Notes: a model not told the origin generated them from the letters alone. A stretch of 64,000 bases of DNA from an uncultured Acidobacteriota bacterium (GCA_963764715.1 CAVXTP010000024.1:3099-67098), one strand, 5' to 3'. Positions 13,069 through 22,406 are shown, counted from the first letter of the stretch. A program made the numbers and translations.

Positions 13069-15885
13069 CTAGAACGAGGCTCTCAGACCGAACTGAATGC
13101 GGCGGGGGTCGGCGACGATGTTCGGGGTTCCGAACCCGGGATTCGGCGCGCGTTGGCGGTTCAGGTAGCGGACATTGTCGACCTGAACGACGTTTTCGCG
13201 GTTGAAGAGGTTGAACACCTCCAGCGTCGCTTCGAGAACCACGGGACCGACCGGGACGATGCGCGCGATCCGCACGTCCACGTTGAAGGAGTTCGGGAGC
13301 TCTCCGCTGTTGCGCGAGACACCCTCGGGGCGGTCGGACGCCGGATCGCCATTCTCGTTCCGGTCGAAGCCCGCGAGCACGTTGTACGGGCGCCCCGCCT
13401 CGAAAGCGGCGATCGTCGCAAGATTCCAGTCGCGCGCGTACCAGGGCAGACCGCTCCCCGCCGTCGTGTAGATCGCGGCGAGGGTGGCCCGGTGCCTGGG
13501 GACGTGGATGGACGGGCCGCGCTCGTCTTGCGGGTTCAGGGGATCCTGGAGCTGAATCGGAGTGAGCCAGTCGATGTAGTCGTCCTCGGCGTCCGCATAG
13601 GTGTAGAAGGCGGACATCTCGAAGGGCCCGCCGGCCCGCGTCTGCAGGCCCGCCGTCACGCCGTTGTACCAGGTGTTGCCCGAGCCCGAGTCGACGACGA
13701 TGTTGCCGTAGGCGGGGTTCGGGCGAGGTCCCCCATCGATCAGAGGGTTGATGTTGCGCGACGCCATGATGTTCCTGCCGCGGGCGTAGAGGTAGTCGGC
13801 GTTGAAGAGCAGCCGGGGGCCAATCTCGATCTCGAATCCGAGGTTGGCCTGATCGGTGTAGGCGCTCTCGAATTGAGCGCAGCTTTCGAGGTCGGGGTTC
13901 GCAGGCATTGCATTCTCGCAGCCTGCGGGCCGCACGACGGGCTGAGGGGCGAGGTCGGCCCCGGCGCTCGCCGGATCCTGGAATCGGCGGTCCGGCAGGT
14001 TCCATGGCTCGACCGGGGATTGATCCGTCACCCCCAGAGTCCTGCCGTCGTAAACCGTCTGGATCCCGTTGTTGACCGCGACCCCAAACATCGGGGCGAT
14101 CGCGGCGACGCCGTAGAAGCGGCCGAGACCGCCCCGCACGCGCCACGCGTCTGCGCCTGCCCAGGAGAACGAGAACCTCGGCGCCCAGTTGTTCGTGTCG
14201 TCCGGGAGGGGGTCGGCCGGCTTCTCGTAGTCGTAGCGCAGGCCCAGGCGCAGGAGCAGGCGGTCCGTGAGGTTCCACTCTCCCTGCACGAAGGCACCGA
14301 GCAGGTTTGTCGTTCCTTTCCAGTACGGATCGCCGAACCCCTGGCTGAAGACGTAGGGCAGACCGGCCGCGAACGCCTCTCGCGCGGAGAGCCCGCCCAC
14401 CGGCTGAAACAGGTACGAGCCGGCGAAGTTCGCCGGGACGCTCCCGGCGAACGCCGTGTGGGTGTAGTCGAATCCGGCCTTGTAGGAGCTGCGGCCTCCA
14501 AACCACGAGATCGCGTCGAAGATCTGGTACACCTGCGTGTCGCGCGGATTCGGTAGCAGCGGCTGCGTGCCGAAGGTCGCCACGCCGACGATCGTGACCT
14601 GGGGGCTTCGGTGCGGGTCGAGAGAACCGAGGAGTTGTGACCGATCGCCGTAAAGAGCTCGCAGCTCGTTTGAGACGCTGGCCGTGAGGATCGACGTGCC
14701 CGTCAGGCCGACCGTCCCGTCCTCGAGATTTTGAACTCCCCCGTTGCTGCGCGCCACGGGGCCGCCCCAGGCCTGCTGGTTCTCGTCGAGGGATCGCGCG
14801 TAGGTACCCCGCAGGGAGAAGGTGTGGCTCGCCGACGGCATGAGGTCGAGCCTTCCGAACACGGATTCTCCGTTTCGGTCGAACGGAACGACGCCATTCT
14901 GGATGTCGAAACCCGCCGCGCGGATCATGGCGACGTCGTCATCCGAGATCGTCACGACTTTCGCGTCGGCGACAGTCAGCCGCTCGGCGGCCGCAAAGAA
15001 GAAGAGCCGATCCCGCAGGATCGGACCGGCGAGGCTTGCCCCGTACTGGTTCTGCTGAAACGGAGTCCGGGCACCGGTGAGGAAGTTGTCCGCCGACAGG
15101 CTCTCGTCGCGAAAGAACGCGAAGGCCGAGCCGTGCCACGCATTGGAGCCGGAACGGGTCACGACGTTGATGATGCCGCCGGTCGCTTTGCCATACTCCG
15201 CCGGGTAGGAGCTCTGGATGACCTGGTACTCGCGAACGGCCTCCTGGGAGATCGTCGAACGCGCCGAGCCGACCACGGAATCGTTGTTGTCCACGCCGTC
15301 CACGAGGATGTTGTTGTAGCGGGGGCTCTGTCCGTTGATCGAAAGCCCCGATGTGGGAAAGGTCCCGACCTGCGGTCCTCGACCGACGGTCACCCCAGGA
15401 GTGGTCAGCGCAAACTCGAGAACGTTGCGCTGGTTGATGGGGAGATTTCGGATCTTCGCCTCGTCGACGGTCTTGGAAAGTTCGGTCGACGACGTGTCGA
15501 TGAGAGCCGTCTTCGCTGTCACCGTGACCGCTTCCGCAACCGCGGAAGGCTCGAGGCGCAGTTCCAGTGTGGTCGTCGTACCGACCGACAGGCGGACGTT
15601 CGGTACGTCCGCTGCCCGCAAGCCCGGGAGAGAGGCGGAGACCCGGTACAGGCCCGGGGAAAGCAGGCGGATCACAAAGGAGCCGCCGGCGTCCGAGGTG
15701 GCCTGGCGCGAGAAGCCGGTGTCCTGATTGGTCGCGCTGATCGTTGCGCCGGGGAGAGCCGCGCCCGCCTCGTCGGTCACGAGGCCGCGCAGATCTGCCG
15801 TCGTCGTTCCCGTCGCCTGGGCCAGCAGGCCTGCTGCGGTCAGGAGAAGCGAGCTTGCGAGCGCGAACCGCCGCATCACGGCCAT
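13069..15885 (-). CDS. TonB-dependent outer-membrane receptor with N-terminal carboxypeptidase-regulatory-like domain
   Basis: Start at MAVMRRFALASSLLLTAAGLLAQ, a signal peptide. GLVTDEAGAALPGATISATNQDTGF...GLYRVSA is CarboxypepD_reg-like. A long beta-barrel region follows and the protein ends ...RIQFGLRASF with a terminal aromatic residue. Confidence 0.85.
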   Translation of the reverse strand: MAVMRRFALASSLLLTAAGLLAQATGTTTADLRGLVTDEAGAALPGATISATNQDTGFSRQATSDAGGSFVIRLLSPGLYRVSASLPGLRAADVPNVRLSVGTTTTLELRLEPSAVAEAVTVTAKTALIDTSSTELSKTVDEAKIRNLPINQRNVLEFALTTPGVTVGRGPQVGTFPTSGLSINGQSPRYNNILVDGVDNNDSVVGSARSTISQEAVREYQVIQSSYPAEYGKATGGIINVVTRSGSNAWHGSAFAFFRDESLSADNFLTGARTPFQQNQYGASLAGPILRDRLFFFAAAERLTVADAKVVTISDDDVAMIRAAGFDIQNGVVPFDRNGESVFGRLDLMPSASHTFSLRGTYARSLDENQQAWGGPVARSNGGVQNLEDGTVGLTGTSILTASVSNELRALYGDRSQLLGSLDPHRSPQVTIVGVATFGTQPLLPNPRDTQVYQIFDAISWFGGRSSYKAGFDYTHTAFAGSVPANFAGSYLFQPVGGLSAREAFAAGLPYVFSQGFGDPYWKGTTNLLGAFVQGEWNLTDRLLLRLGLRYDYEKPADPLPDDTNNWAPRFSFSWAGADAWRVRGGLGRFYGVAAIAPMFGVAVNNGIQTVYDGRTLGVTDQSPVEPWNLPDRRFQDPASAGADLAPQPVVRPAGCENAMPANPDLESCAQFESAYTDQANLGFEIEIGPRLLFNADYLYARGRNIMASRNINPLIDGGPRPNPAYGNIVVDSGSGNTWYNGVTAGLQTRAGGPFEMSAFYTYADAEDDYIDWLTPIQLQDPLNPQDERGPSIHVPRHRATLAAIYTTAGSGLPWYARDWNLATIAAFEAGRPYNVLAGFDRNENGDPASDRPEGVSRNSGELPNSFNVDVRIARIVPVGPVVLEATLEVFNLFNRENVVQVDNVRYLNRQRAPNPGFGTPNIVADPRRIQFGLRASF

Positions 15886-16070
15886 GGCTCCGGTGGACGT
15901 GAGAGGCCGAACCCCTCCGGGCGGGAGCAAAGGGTGCTGCGGCTCATGCCCCGACATCTTCACCTCGGGCGGCGCCCTCGCAGCCGGCGCCGTGCTTGGG
16001 AAGCGATGCCGGAGCTTTTTCTTCGACGCCGATGGCTGGCGTCTCCGGGTCCGATGCGAGGCGGCTCATT

Positions 16071-16727
16071 CTATGGATCGACGGCCGTCTGGGTGGAGTA
16101 CGGCAGCGAAAACATCCGTAACGTCAGTTCGACCGTGCCGACCCGGATCCGAGCGCCGTCGCCGAGTCCGGAGGGAGCCTCGATTCTGCGATCGCCCAGG
16201 CAGGTGCCATTCTTGCTGCCGAGGTCCTCGACCGTGGCGCTCCCCTCCATCACGACGATCCGCGCGTGGCGACGGGAGACGCTCGCGTCGTCGATGAAGA
16301 TCCCTGCGCCCGGATCTCTCCCGATGACGTTTTCGCCCGCCTCGAGGGCCGTTCGCTTTCCGGCGCCCAGGACCCAGCAGGACCACTTGCGCGTCGGGCC
16401 TGAAGGAACCTCTTCGCGCACGTCCTGGGCGTCCGCGCAGAACGCGTAGCCGAACCGATGGACGGTCCGCACGTAGAGGGGATTCCGCGCCTCGTCGCCG
16501 ATCACGGCGCGCACCTCGACGAGGAGACTCGTCAGTGTGCTGTCCGAAACGAAGGTCCCGGGCCAGAGTCTCTCGTGGATCTGGCTCTTGGACACGGCCT
16601 TCGGGCGGTTCTCGAGGAGGAGCTCGAGGAACTGGAACGCCTTGGGCTGCACATGCACCGTCTCGCCGCGGACGAACAACTGCCGCGTCTCTGAGTCGAG
16701 CAGGCATTCACCGAAACGAACCCGCAT
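16071..16727 (-). CDS. One-component regulator: winged-helix + FHA (copy 2)
   Basis: True start is MRVRFGECLLDSETRQLFVRGETVHVQPKAF (ATG 16727, preceded by SD GGAGGAA). It is 218 aa and collinear with copy 1 without gaps. The 599-aa track ORF extension is antisense to the next gene. Confidence 0.85.
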   Translation of the reverse strand: MRVRFGECLLDSETRQLFVRGETVHVQPKAFQFLELLLENRPKAVSKSQIHERLWPGTFVSDSTLTSLLVEVRAVIGDEARNPLYVRTVHRFGYAFCADAQDVREEVPSGPTRKWSCWVLGAGKRTALEAGENVIGRDPGAGIFIDDASVSRRHARIVVMEGSATVEDLGSKNGTCLGDRRIEAPSGLGDGARIRVGTVELTLRMFSLPYSTQTAVDP

Positions 16728-16865
16728 CGATTCCTCCGGGAAGCGAGCTGGATTATCGCGCAACCCGGCGGCTCCCCTGCCAGCACAAATGCAGCCGTTT
16801 TCGAGGATTTTCCCAACGACTCGGGCCGACCGGAACCCGTAGCGTCTGCTGTGGAGGTGATTGTC
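16728..16865. promoter_or_regulatory. Divergent intergenic region, copy 2 of the conserved core seen at 10693..10839
   Basis: It has the same conserved blocks as copy 1, plus a roughly 12-nt insertion next to the regulator start. Confidence 0.4.
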
Positions 16866-18140
16866 ATGACCACGATAGGTCGCCGGAGACTCCTGAACAC
16901 CCTGCTCGCGCTGACGATGGTATGTGCAGCCGCTCCTCTGCTGGCTCAAACGATCATCGTCACGACGACCGCCGAGCTGGAGGCCGCTCTCACGCCGGCC
17001 AATGCGGGAAAACGGATTCTCGTTCGTGCCGGTGTGTACGATCTCGGCCAGGCGCTGACCGTACCCGATGACGCGACCCTCGTCGGTGAGGGCGAGATGA
17101 TGTTCGACGACTCGGGGCTGCCGACCGGGTTCGAGCCGTCGGGACGAACGCTCCTCCGGAGCACGCTGGCGCTCGTCGGCGATGTCCTGACGCTCGGCGA
17201 TGGCGCGACGGTGCAACGCCTCGCCGTCGAAGACGCCGCGGGTCGGCAGGGAAACGTGGTCGTCGTGTCTTCGAGGGACGCCGGCGACGACGTCTCCGCG
17301 GAGCTCGTCGAATGCGAGATCATCAATCCGAATCCTTCGGCAATCGTGCCGGCAGGGTCCCTCGGCCGGGCGCTGGTGGCCATCGCTCGCAATCTGAATC
17401 TCGATGCGGATCCGCCGCCCCAGGAGGGTGCCGTCGTCGAGGTGCGGATGAGGCGCTCGATCATTCGGTCGCCGGGCGCCGGGATCGGAGTCTTCGCGAT
17501 CAGCTTTGCATCTCACACGGAGATCAGCCTCGATCTCCAGCGCAATGTCATCGGCGGTGGACTGAACTTGAGCGGCGGCGTCAGCAGGCCCGAGGCCGTG
17601 ACCGGCGCCAGCTTGACCATCAAGTCGAGGCGGAACCTGTATCGGTCCGACAGTGTTGTCCCGACGGCGACCGGCTGGAGTCTGATCGGGGGAGCGACTG
17701 CCCCAATCCCCGGCCTCGTGTCGGGGGCCTCGACCTTCAACACGCTTCGGATGGATTCCCGAAACGACATGATCGACGGCTTCCAGACCGGCATACTTGC
17801 TATGGGAGGACTGCGGACGGGGCCGCTTCCCGCGCCGAGCTCCTCGAACCTGGTCGAGATGGATCTCCATGACGTGCGTGTTCAGACGACGACAGCGGAC
17901 CTGATGCTGTTTGGAGCAAACTCATTCGTTCCTGGCGTGTCTCCGGGTGACGGAAACGCCGTTCGCCTGCTCCTCAAAAAGTCGACCGGCAGCGGGCCCC
18001 GGGCCAATCTGTACACCGACAGCGCGATGGGCCTTGGAGTCGGAAACGAGCTCGAGATCGTGGGCACGGAGAAGGCCTTCGTTCGAAGCAACGAAGACTT
18101 CGACCCGATGCCTCCAGCCGAGTTCTTCACTCAGCCATGA
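16866..18140 (+). CDS. Secreted hypothetical protein, possibly right-handed beta-helix-like
   Basis: ATG 16866 is preceded by GGAGGTGA. N-terminus is MTTIGRRRLLNTLLALTMVCAAAPLLAQ, a signal peptide with an RRR that may indicate Tat export. The body is periodic and rich in G, V and N. No motif that I can name with certainty. Confidence 0.65.
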   Translation: MTTIGRRRLLNTLLALTMVCAAAPLLAQTIIVTTTAELEAALTPANAGKRILVRAGVYDLGQALTVPDDATLVGEGEMMFDDSGLPTGFEPSGRTLLRSTLALVGDVLTLGDGATVQRLAVEDAAGRQGNVVVVSSRDAGDDVSAELVECEIINPNPSAIVPAGSLGRALVAIARNLNLDADPPPQEGAVVEVRMRRSIIRSPGAGIGVFAISFASHTEISLDLQRNVIGGGLNLSGGVSRPEAVTGASLTIKSRRNLYRSDSVVPTATGWSLIGGATAPIPGLVSGASTFNTLRMDSRNDMIDGFQTGILAMGGLRTGPLPAPSSSNLVEMDLHDVRVQTTTADLMLFGANSFVPGVSPGDGNAVRLLLKKSTGSGPRANLYTDSAMGLGVGNELEIVGTEKAFVRSNEDFDPMPPAEFFTQP

Positions 18141-18243
18141 GCCACCCGCGTCACGCGATGCTCGCAGCGGGTACACGTTCCATGCCACAGGCGTTCGATC
18201 GGTGCGCAGCCGGGATTCGAACTCCGGCCGGAGGGGAGGCAAC

Positions 18244-20076
18244 ATGATTCGGAACACGCTTCGTCACATCGCGGCTGTCGGTGTCCTGCTGGTGGCCGCC
18301 GGGGCTCTGAGAGCAGACGCGAATTCCTGGACGGGAGGCCGCCCGGTCGAAACGGCCGAGGGTGTCCCCCGTCTCGTGGCGGCGGATCCCGACAGTCCCT
18401 ACGTCGTCTACGCAGCTTTCGGACCCATGCTCCATCGCAGCAGCGACGGCGGCCGCACCTGGAGCCGCCTGCGATCGTTCTCCGAGATCCGGGCGGTGAT
18501 GGTCCACCCGGCGTCGCCATCGACGATCTACGTCGCCGCTGACGACGTCTACAAGAGCACCGACGGCGGAGAAACCTGGTCTACAACGTCGATCAGGTAC
18601 GTCGATAGCCTCGCAGGGAGCCCGACCGATGCATCCACCGTATTCGCCGGCGCGTGGGACCGGATCTACAAGACGACGGACGCGGGCACGAGCTGGTCTT
18701 CGGTCTCCTACACAGGTGTGATCGCCAGCCTCGTGATCGATCCGCGGGACCCGACGATTGCCTACGCCGGCGCGGAGGGCATCGACTACTGGGGCTGGTA
18801 CCCCGGCTCGATAGGCAAGACGACGGACGGCGGAGCGAGTTGGCAGAAGCCGAGTCCGGACGCTCCCGACAGTGTCGTTGCTTTCGGAATCGATTCCGTC
18901 GAGAGCTCGACCGTCTACCTCGCGACCGGAGATTTGCCACCGATTGACGGGTCCTACGTCGCACCGCGGGTGCTGCGCTCGGAGGACGGCGGGGTGTCGT
19001 GGACGTCGGCCGACGGGGGGCTGCCCTCCGGCGGCGCCCGATGCCTGGCGGTCGATCCGCGTGTCTCGGGAACGCTCTACGCCGGAACACGGGCGGGGGT
19101 CTACCGGAGTCGCGACGGCGGCCGGAGTTGGACCGCGTTCAGCCAGCGGCTGGCCGGAGTGCCGATCACGTCTCTGGCGATCGCCGACTCGGGTCGCCGT
19201 CTCCACGCCGGAACGTACGGCGGCGTGTACGACCTGGAAATCGCGCGCGGCCCCCTCGACGTGGCCGCCGGACCGGCTGGCGAAAGCCGCGTCCTCGTGT
19301 GGGACGGTGATCGGCTCGCCGTCGGCAAGCTCGACGCGTCGGGGAACTGGGCGAGCACGCCTCCCGGGGACCTATCGGCGACGTGGACGGCCATCGCGAT
19401 CGCAACCGCCGGGGACGAGCGTGCGCACGTGCTCTGGCAGAACGGCGATGGCCGCACCGCGCTCGAGATCGCCGGTCCCTCCGGCCGGCAGTCGGTCACC
19501 ACGTTCGAAAAGCGTTCGGGCTGGATCGCGACGGATCTCTCGGTGCGGCCCGACGGGCAGTCCAACGTCCTGTGGTCGGGCGCCGATGGGCGGATGTCGA
19601 TCGCGAGGATGAATTCCTCCGGCGGGACGAGCGACGGGCCGGAATACGGGCCGGCGCCGGGGTGGTCGGCCGTCGCGATCGCCGATGGTCCCGGAGGCGA
19701 CACCTGGGTACTCTGGCGCTCGACCGATGGACGCGCGGCGGTCTCGGTCCACCGTGACGGCACGATGGTGGCCTCGTACAAGTACGCCGCCCAACTGGAT
19801 GAGGCCGTCGAGGACGTGGCCGTGGCGGCGGATGGCCGCCCGCGGATCCTTCGGACCAATCCCGCCGGCCTTGCGTCCGTGGCCACGGTCGATGCCACGG
19901 GACGGCTGACGGCAGGGCAGCATTACGAGCTGCCGGGATTGACGCCGCGGCGGATCGCCGCGGGCGCGGACGGCCGCACGCGCCTGCTCTTCGGCAGCGG
20001 CGACGGCCGGGGTGAGCTGTTGCTGCTCAATCCCGACAACACGTTGAGCGCCCGGCACGCGTTGCAGCCCCGCTGA
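18244..20076 (+). CDS. Secreted BNR/Asp-box repeat protein with C-terminal ~40-45-aa repeat region
   Basis: ATG 18244 follows GGAGGGGAGG. N-terminus is MIRNTLRHIAAVGVLLVAAGALRA. There are six Asp-boxes: SSDGGRTW, STDGGETW, TTDAGTSW, TTDGGASW, SEDGGVSW, SRDGGRSW. The C-terminal half carries W-x-A-x-x-IA...DG...LW...DGR repeats. Confidence 0.8.
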   Translation: MIRNTLRHIAAVGVLLVAAGALRADANSWTGGRPVETAEGVPRLVAADPDSPYVVYAAFGPMLHRSSDGGRTWSRLRSFSEIRAVMVHPASPSTIYVAADDVYKSTDGGETWSTTSIRYVDSLAGSPTDASTVFAGAWDRIYKTTDAGTSWSSVSYTGVIASLVIDPRDPTIAYAGAEGIDYWGWYPGSIGKTTDGGASWQKPSPDAPDSVVAFGIDSVESSTVYLATGDLPPIDGSYVAPRVLRSEDGGVSWTSADGGLPSGGARCLAVDPRVSGTLYAGTRAGVYRSRDGGRSWTAFSQRLAGVPITSLAIADSGRRLHAGTYGGVYDLEIARGPLDVAAGPAGESRVLVWDGDRLAVGKLDASGNWASTPPGDLSATWTAIAIATAGDERAHVLWQNGDGRTALEIAGPSGRQSVTTFEKRSGWIATDLSVRPDGQSNVLWSGADGRMSIARMNSSGGTSDGPEYGPAPGWSAVAIADGPGGDTWVLWRSTDGRAAVSVHRDGTMVASYKYAAQLDEAVEDVAVAADGRPRILRTNPAGLASVATVDATGRLTAGQHYELPGLTPRRIAAGADGRTRLLFGSGDGRGELLLLNPDNTLSARHALQPR

Positions 20077-20279
20077 CGAGCATCGTCGTCACGACGGCCT
20101 CCGAGCAGAAGTCCGGACCATCGACCACTTTTGTTGCACCGCTCGGGACGACTACGACTAGGGCACCGTATTCAAGCTCGAGCCCGCGAACGGCTACGCG
20201 AACGACCCCCCGTCCGTAGGGGCTCGCCCCGGCCCCCTCCCCAGGGTCGGGAAGCGCGCCGCAACTCGATCGGCACGTG

Positions 20280-20305
20280 AGGGGGCGCCCGCAAGGGGCG
20301 CCCCT
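20280..20305. terminator. GC-rich hairpin between convergent BNR gene and recO
   Basis: AGGGGGCGCCC-GCAAG-GGGCGCCCCT folds into a stem of about 10 bp with one bulge. It has no clear U-tract on either strand, so its terminator function is uncertain. Confidence 0.3.
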
Positions 20306-20323
20306 ATTGTTGCACGGTGCATC

Positions 20324-21061
20324 TCAACGCAGGACGTCTTCGAGCACCCGCTGGCTCTTGAGCTCGTGCCCCAGGAAGTGCCGTCGCGCGAGGCGTGCCA
20401 CGCGGGCGATCTCGGCCAGGCCCGGGGGCCGCGCCGACGGATCGAGCGGGCCGCCGAGGAAGCCGCGCAGCGTGGCGTGCGCGTCGGCCGAGACGCGCAT
20501 CGCTTCCGACCGCCGGCACTCCGCTCCGATGAACCCCGGACGGCCTTCGTCGAAAATCAGCGCCCCGGCCTCCTCGAGCGGCCTCCCGCAGCCGGCGCAC
20601 TCGCGCGGGGTCGGGAAGAGGCCCGACAGCTTCAGGATCCAGACGTCGAAGTAGGCCGCCGTCAGCGACGCCGGCGCCCCGGCGAAGAGCGCGTCCATCA
20701 CGTGCCGGGCGAGGCGATAGAAGGGCTCGGCCGGATCGGACTCCGAGACGAACGTCTCGAAGCTCTCGGCGAGCGTCGAGAGGAGCAACGCCTTCTCGAG
20801 CTCCGTCGACAGCGCGAACGACGGCCGGATCGGATCCACGGCGTTGATCGAGACGAGCTCGCGTCCTTCCTTCTCGAAGTACACGATGCGCGCCTCCGTC
20901 ATCGGCTCGAGGGCGCCGGAGAAGATGCTCCTCGCCCGCCGCGCGCCGCGCGCCACGCCGCGCTTCTTGCCCGCGTCACGCGTCAGGAACGAGACGATCC
21001 GGTCGGTCTCGCGCAGGGCGTACGTCGCGAGAATGAAGGACTCGGAGGTGTGGAGCTTCAC
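20324..21061 (-). CDS. recO: DNA repair protein RecO
   Basis: 245 aa with a GTG start. KLHTSESFILATYALRETDRIVSFLTRDAGKKRGVARGAR is the RecO OB-fold N-terminus, and a C-x-x-C Zn motif (ECAGCGRP) is present. Confidence 0.9.
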   Translation of the reverse strand: MKLHTSESFILATYALRETDRIVSFLTRDAGKKRGVARGARRARSIFSGALEPMTEARIVYFEKEGRELVSINAVDPIRPSFALSTELEKALLLSTLAESFETFVSESDPAEPFYRLARHVMDALFAGAPASLTAAYFDVWILKLSGLFPTPRECAGCGRPLEEAGALIFDEGRPGFIGAECRRSEAMRVSADAHATLRGFLGGPLDPSARPPGLAEIARVARLARRHFLGHELKSQRVLEDVLR

Positions 21062-21084
21062 GGCAAGCGATTATGATCAGGAGA

Positions 21085-21140
21085 CGGCGGCAACGATGCC
21101 TAATAAAATTAGAATTCAAGCTATAAACGCCTAATTTCGT
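21085..21140. promoter_or_regulatory. AT-rich island in divergent recO / MFS intergenic region
   Basis: CCTAATAAAATTAGAATTCAAGCTATAAACGCCTAATTTCGT lies immediately before ATG 21141. It stands out strongly against the GC-rich background and contains a TATAAA box. No -35/-10 pair with proper spacing could be assigned. Confidence 0.35.
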
Positions 21141-22352
21141 ATGTCAGACAGCCAGAAGGACCGACTAAATACCGGCGTCCTCACCCTGGGCTGGGTTTCC
21201 TTCCTGTCCGATGTCGCGTCGGACATGATCTTTCCGCTCCTGCCCGACTTCCTGACGCGGACTCTCAAGGCCGGCCCGGCGGCGGTCGGCGTGATCGAGG
21301 GGGTCGCCGAGGCCACGTCGTCCTTCATGAAGATGGTCTCGGGCCGGTTGTCCGATCGCGTCGCCCGGCGCAAGCCCCTGATCGTCGCCGGCTACTCGAT
21401 CGCGGCGTTCGCCCGGCCGCTCATCGGACTGGCGGCGAGCTGGACCCAGGTGCTCGTGATCCGGTTCACGGACCGGATCGGCAAGGGCATCCGGACCTCG
21501 CCGCGCGACGCCCTGCTCGCGGATCTCGTGCCGCCCGAGAAGCGCGGCCGGGCCTTCGGCCTGCAGCGCGCGATGGACAACGCGGGAGCCGTCGTCGGGC
21601 CGCTCCTCGCGGCGGCCCTCCTGAAGTTCGCCTTCGAGGACGAGCGCTCGATCTTCCTGCTCGCGGCGATCCCCGGGCTCGCGACGGTCGCCCTGCTCGT
21701 CTTCGCGGTGAAGGAGCCGCCGAAAACGCGGCGGGACCCGGCCGCGCCGCGGGCGCCCTCCGCGCCGCTGCCGAGGCGCCTGCGGACCGCGATCGGGATC
21801 TTCGTGCTCTTCACGCTGGCGAGCTCCACGGACGCCTTCCTGGTTCTCCGGGCGAGCGACGCGGGAGTCACGCTCTGGCAGCTTCCGCTTCTCTGGGCCT
21901 TCTTCAACGGCGTCAAGGCCGCGGCCGGCGTCCCGGGAGGGGCCCTCGCGGACCGGCTGGGACGCGTCCCCGCCATCGTCGCCGGCTGGATGGTCTACGC
22001 CGTCTCCTACGTCGGGTTCTCCTTCGTCTCGAGCCCCGCGCCGATGTGGGGATGGATGGGCTTCTACGCCCTCTTCTACGCGATGACCGAAGGTGCCGAG
22101 CGGGCGCTCGTGGCCGATCTCGCGCCCGCCCGGCTGCGGGGCAAGGCCTTCGGCGCCTTCCACGCCTCGGTCGGTTTCGCGTCGCTGCCCGCCTCGATTC
22201 TCTTCGGCCTGTGGTGGAAGGCGTTCGGCCCCCGCGGGGCCTTCCTCATCGGGGCCGCCATTGCACTCGTGGCCGCCGCCGCGCTCCTCGTCTTCCGGTC
22301 GCGCTCGGGCCCGCTGCGCGCCGTCGAGGAGCGGGAAACGGCCTCGGCGTGA
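21141..22352 (+). CDS. MFS transporter
   Basis: 403 aa with about 12 predicted TM segments. The loop motif GRLSDRVARRKP between TM2 and TM3 matches the MFS signature position. Confidence 0.85.
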   Translation: MSDSQKDRLNTGVLTLGWVSFLSDVASDMIFPLLPDFLTRTLKAGPAAVGVIEGVAEATSSFMKMVSGRLSDRVARRKPLIVAGYSIAAFARPLIGLAASWTQVLVIRFTDRIGKGIRTSPRDALLADLVPPEKRGRAFGLQRAMDNAGAVVGPLLAAALLKFAFEDERSIFLLAAIPGLATVALLVFAVKEPPKTRRDPAAPRAPSAPLPRRLRTAIGIFVLFTLASSTDAFLVLRASDAGVTLWQLPLLWAFFNGVKAAAGVPGGALADRLGRVPAIVAGWMVYAVSYVGFSFVSSPAPMWGWMGFYALFYAMTEGAERALVADLAPARLRGKAFGAFHASVGFASLPASILFGLWWKAFGPRGAFLIGAAIALVAAAALLVFRSRSGPLRAVEERETASA

Positions 22353-22406
22353 CCCGACGGGCCGCCCGGGCCGCGACCTGATAGCATTTCCGCCGGGGGT
22401 GACGGA

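Noticed and set aside
11407-14506. Long minus-strand ORFs 11407-13053 and 12881-14506
   Set aside because: They are antisense to the SLH-repeat gene or out of frame with the TonB-dependent receptor. Neither has motifs.
10036-16865. The duplicated regulator cassettes as ends of a transposon or IS element
   Set aside because: No transposase or integrase is present and there are no terminal inverted repeats or target duplications. The copies are in direct orientation and have diverged, consistent with an old gene duplication rather than a mobile element.
16728-17870. N-terminal 380-aa extension of track ORF 16071..17870
   Set aside because: The paralog comparison fixes the regulator start at ATG 16727, preceded by an SD. 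The extension is antisense to the secreted protein gene 16866-18140.
20077-20279. Possible small RNA in the 247-bp gap after the BNR gene (repeated TTGTTGCAC at about 20133 and 20306)
   Set aside because: I cannot match it to the SRP, 6S, tmRNA or RNase P consensus by eye. A 9-mer occurring twice is weak evidence, so it is left unannotated.
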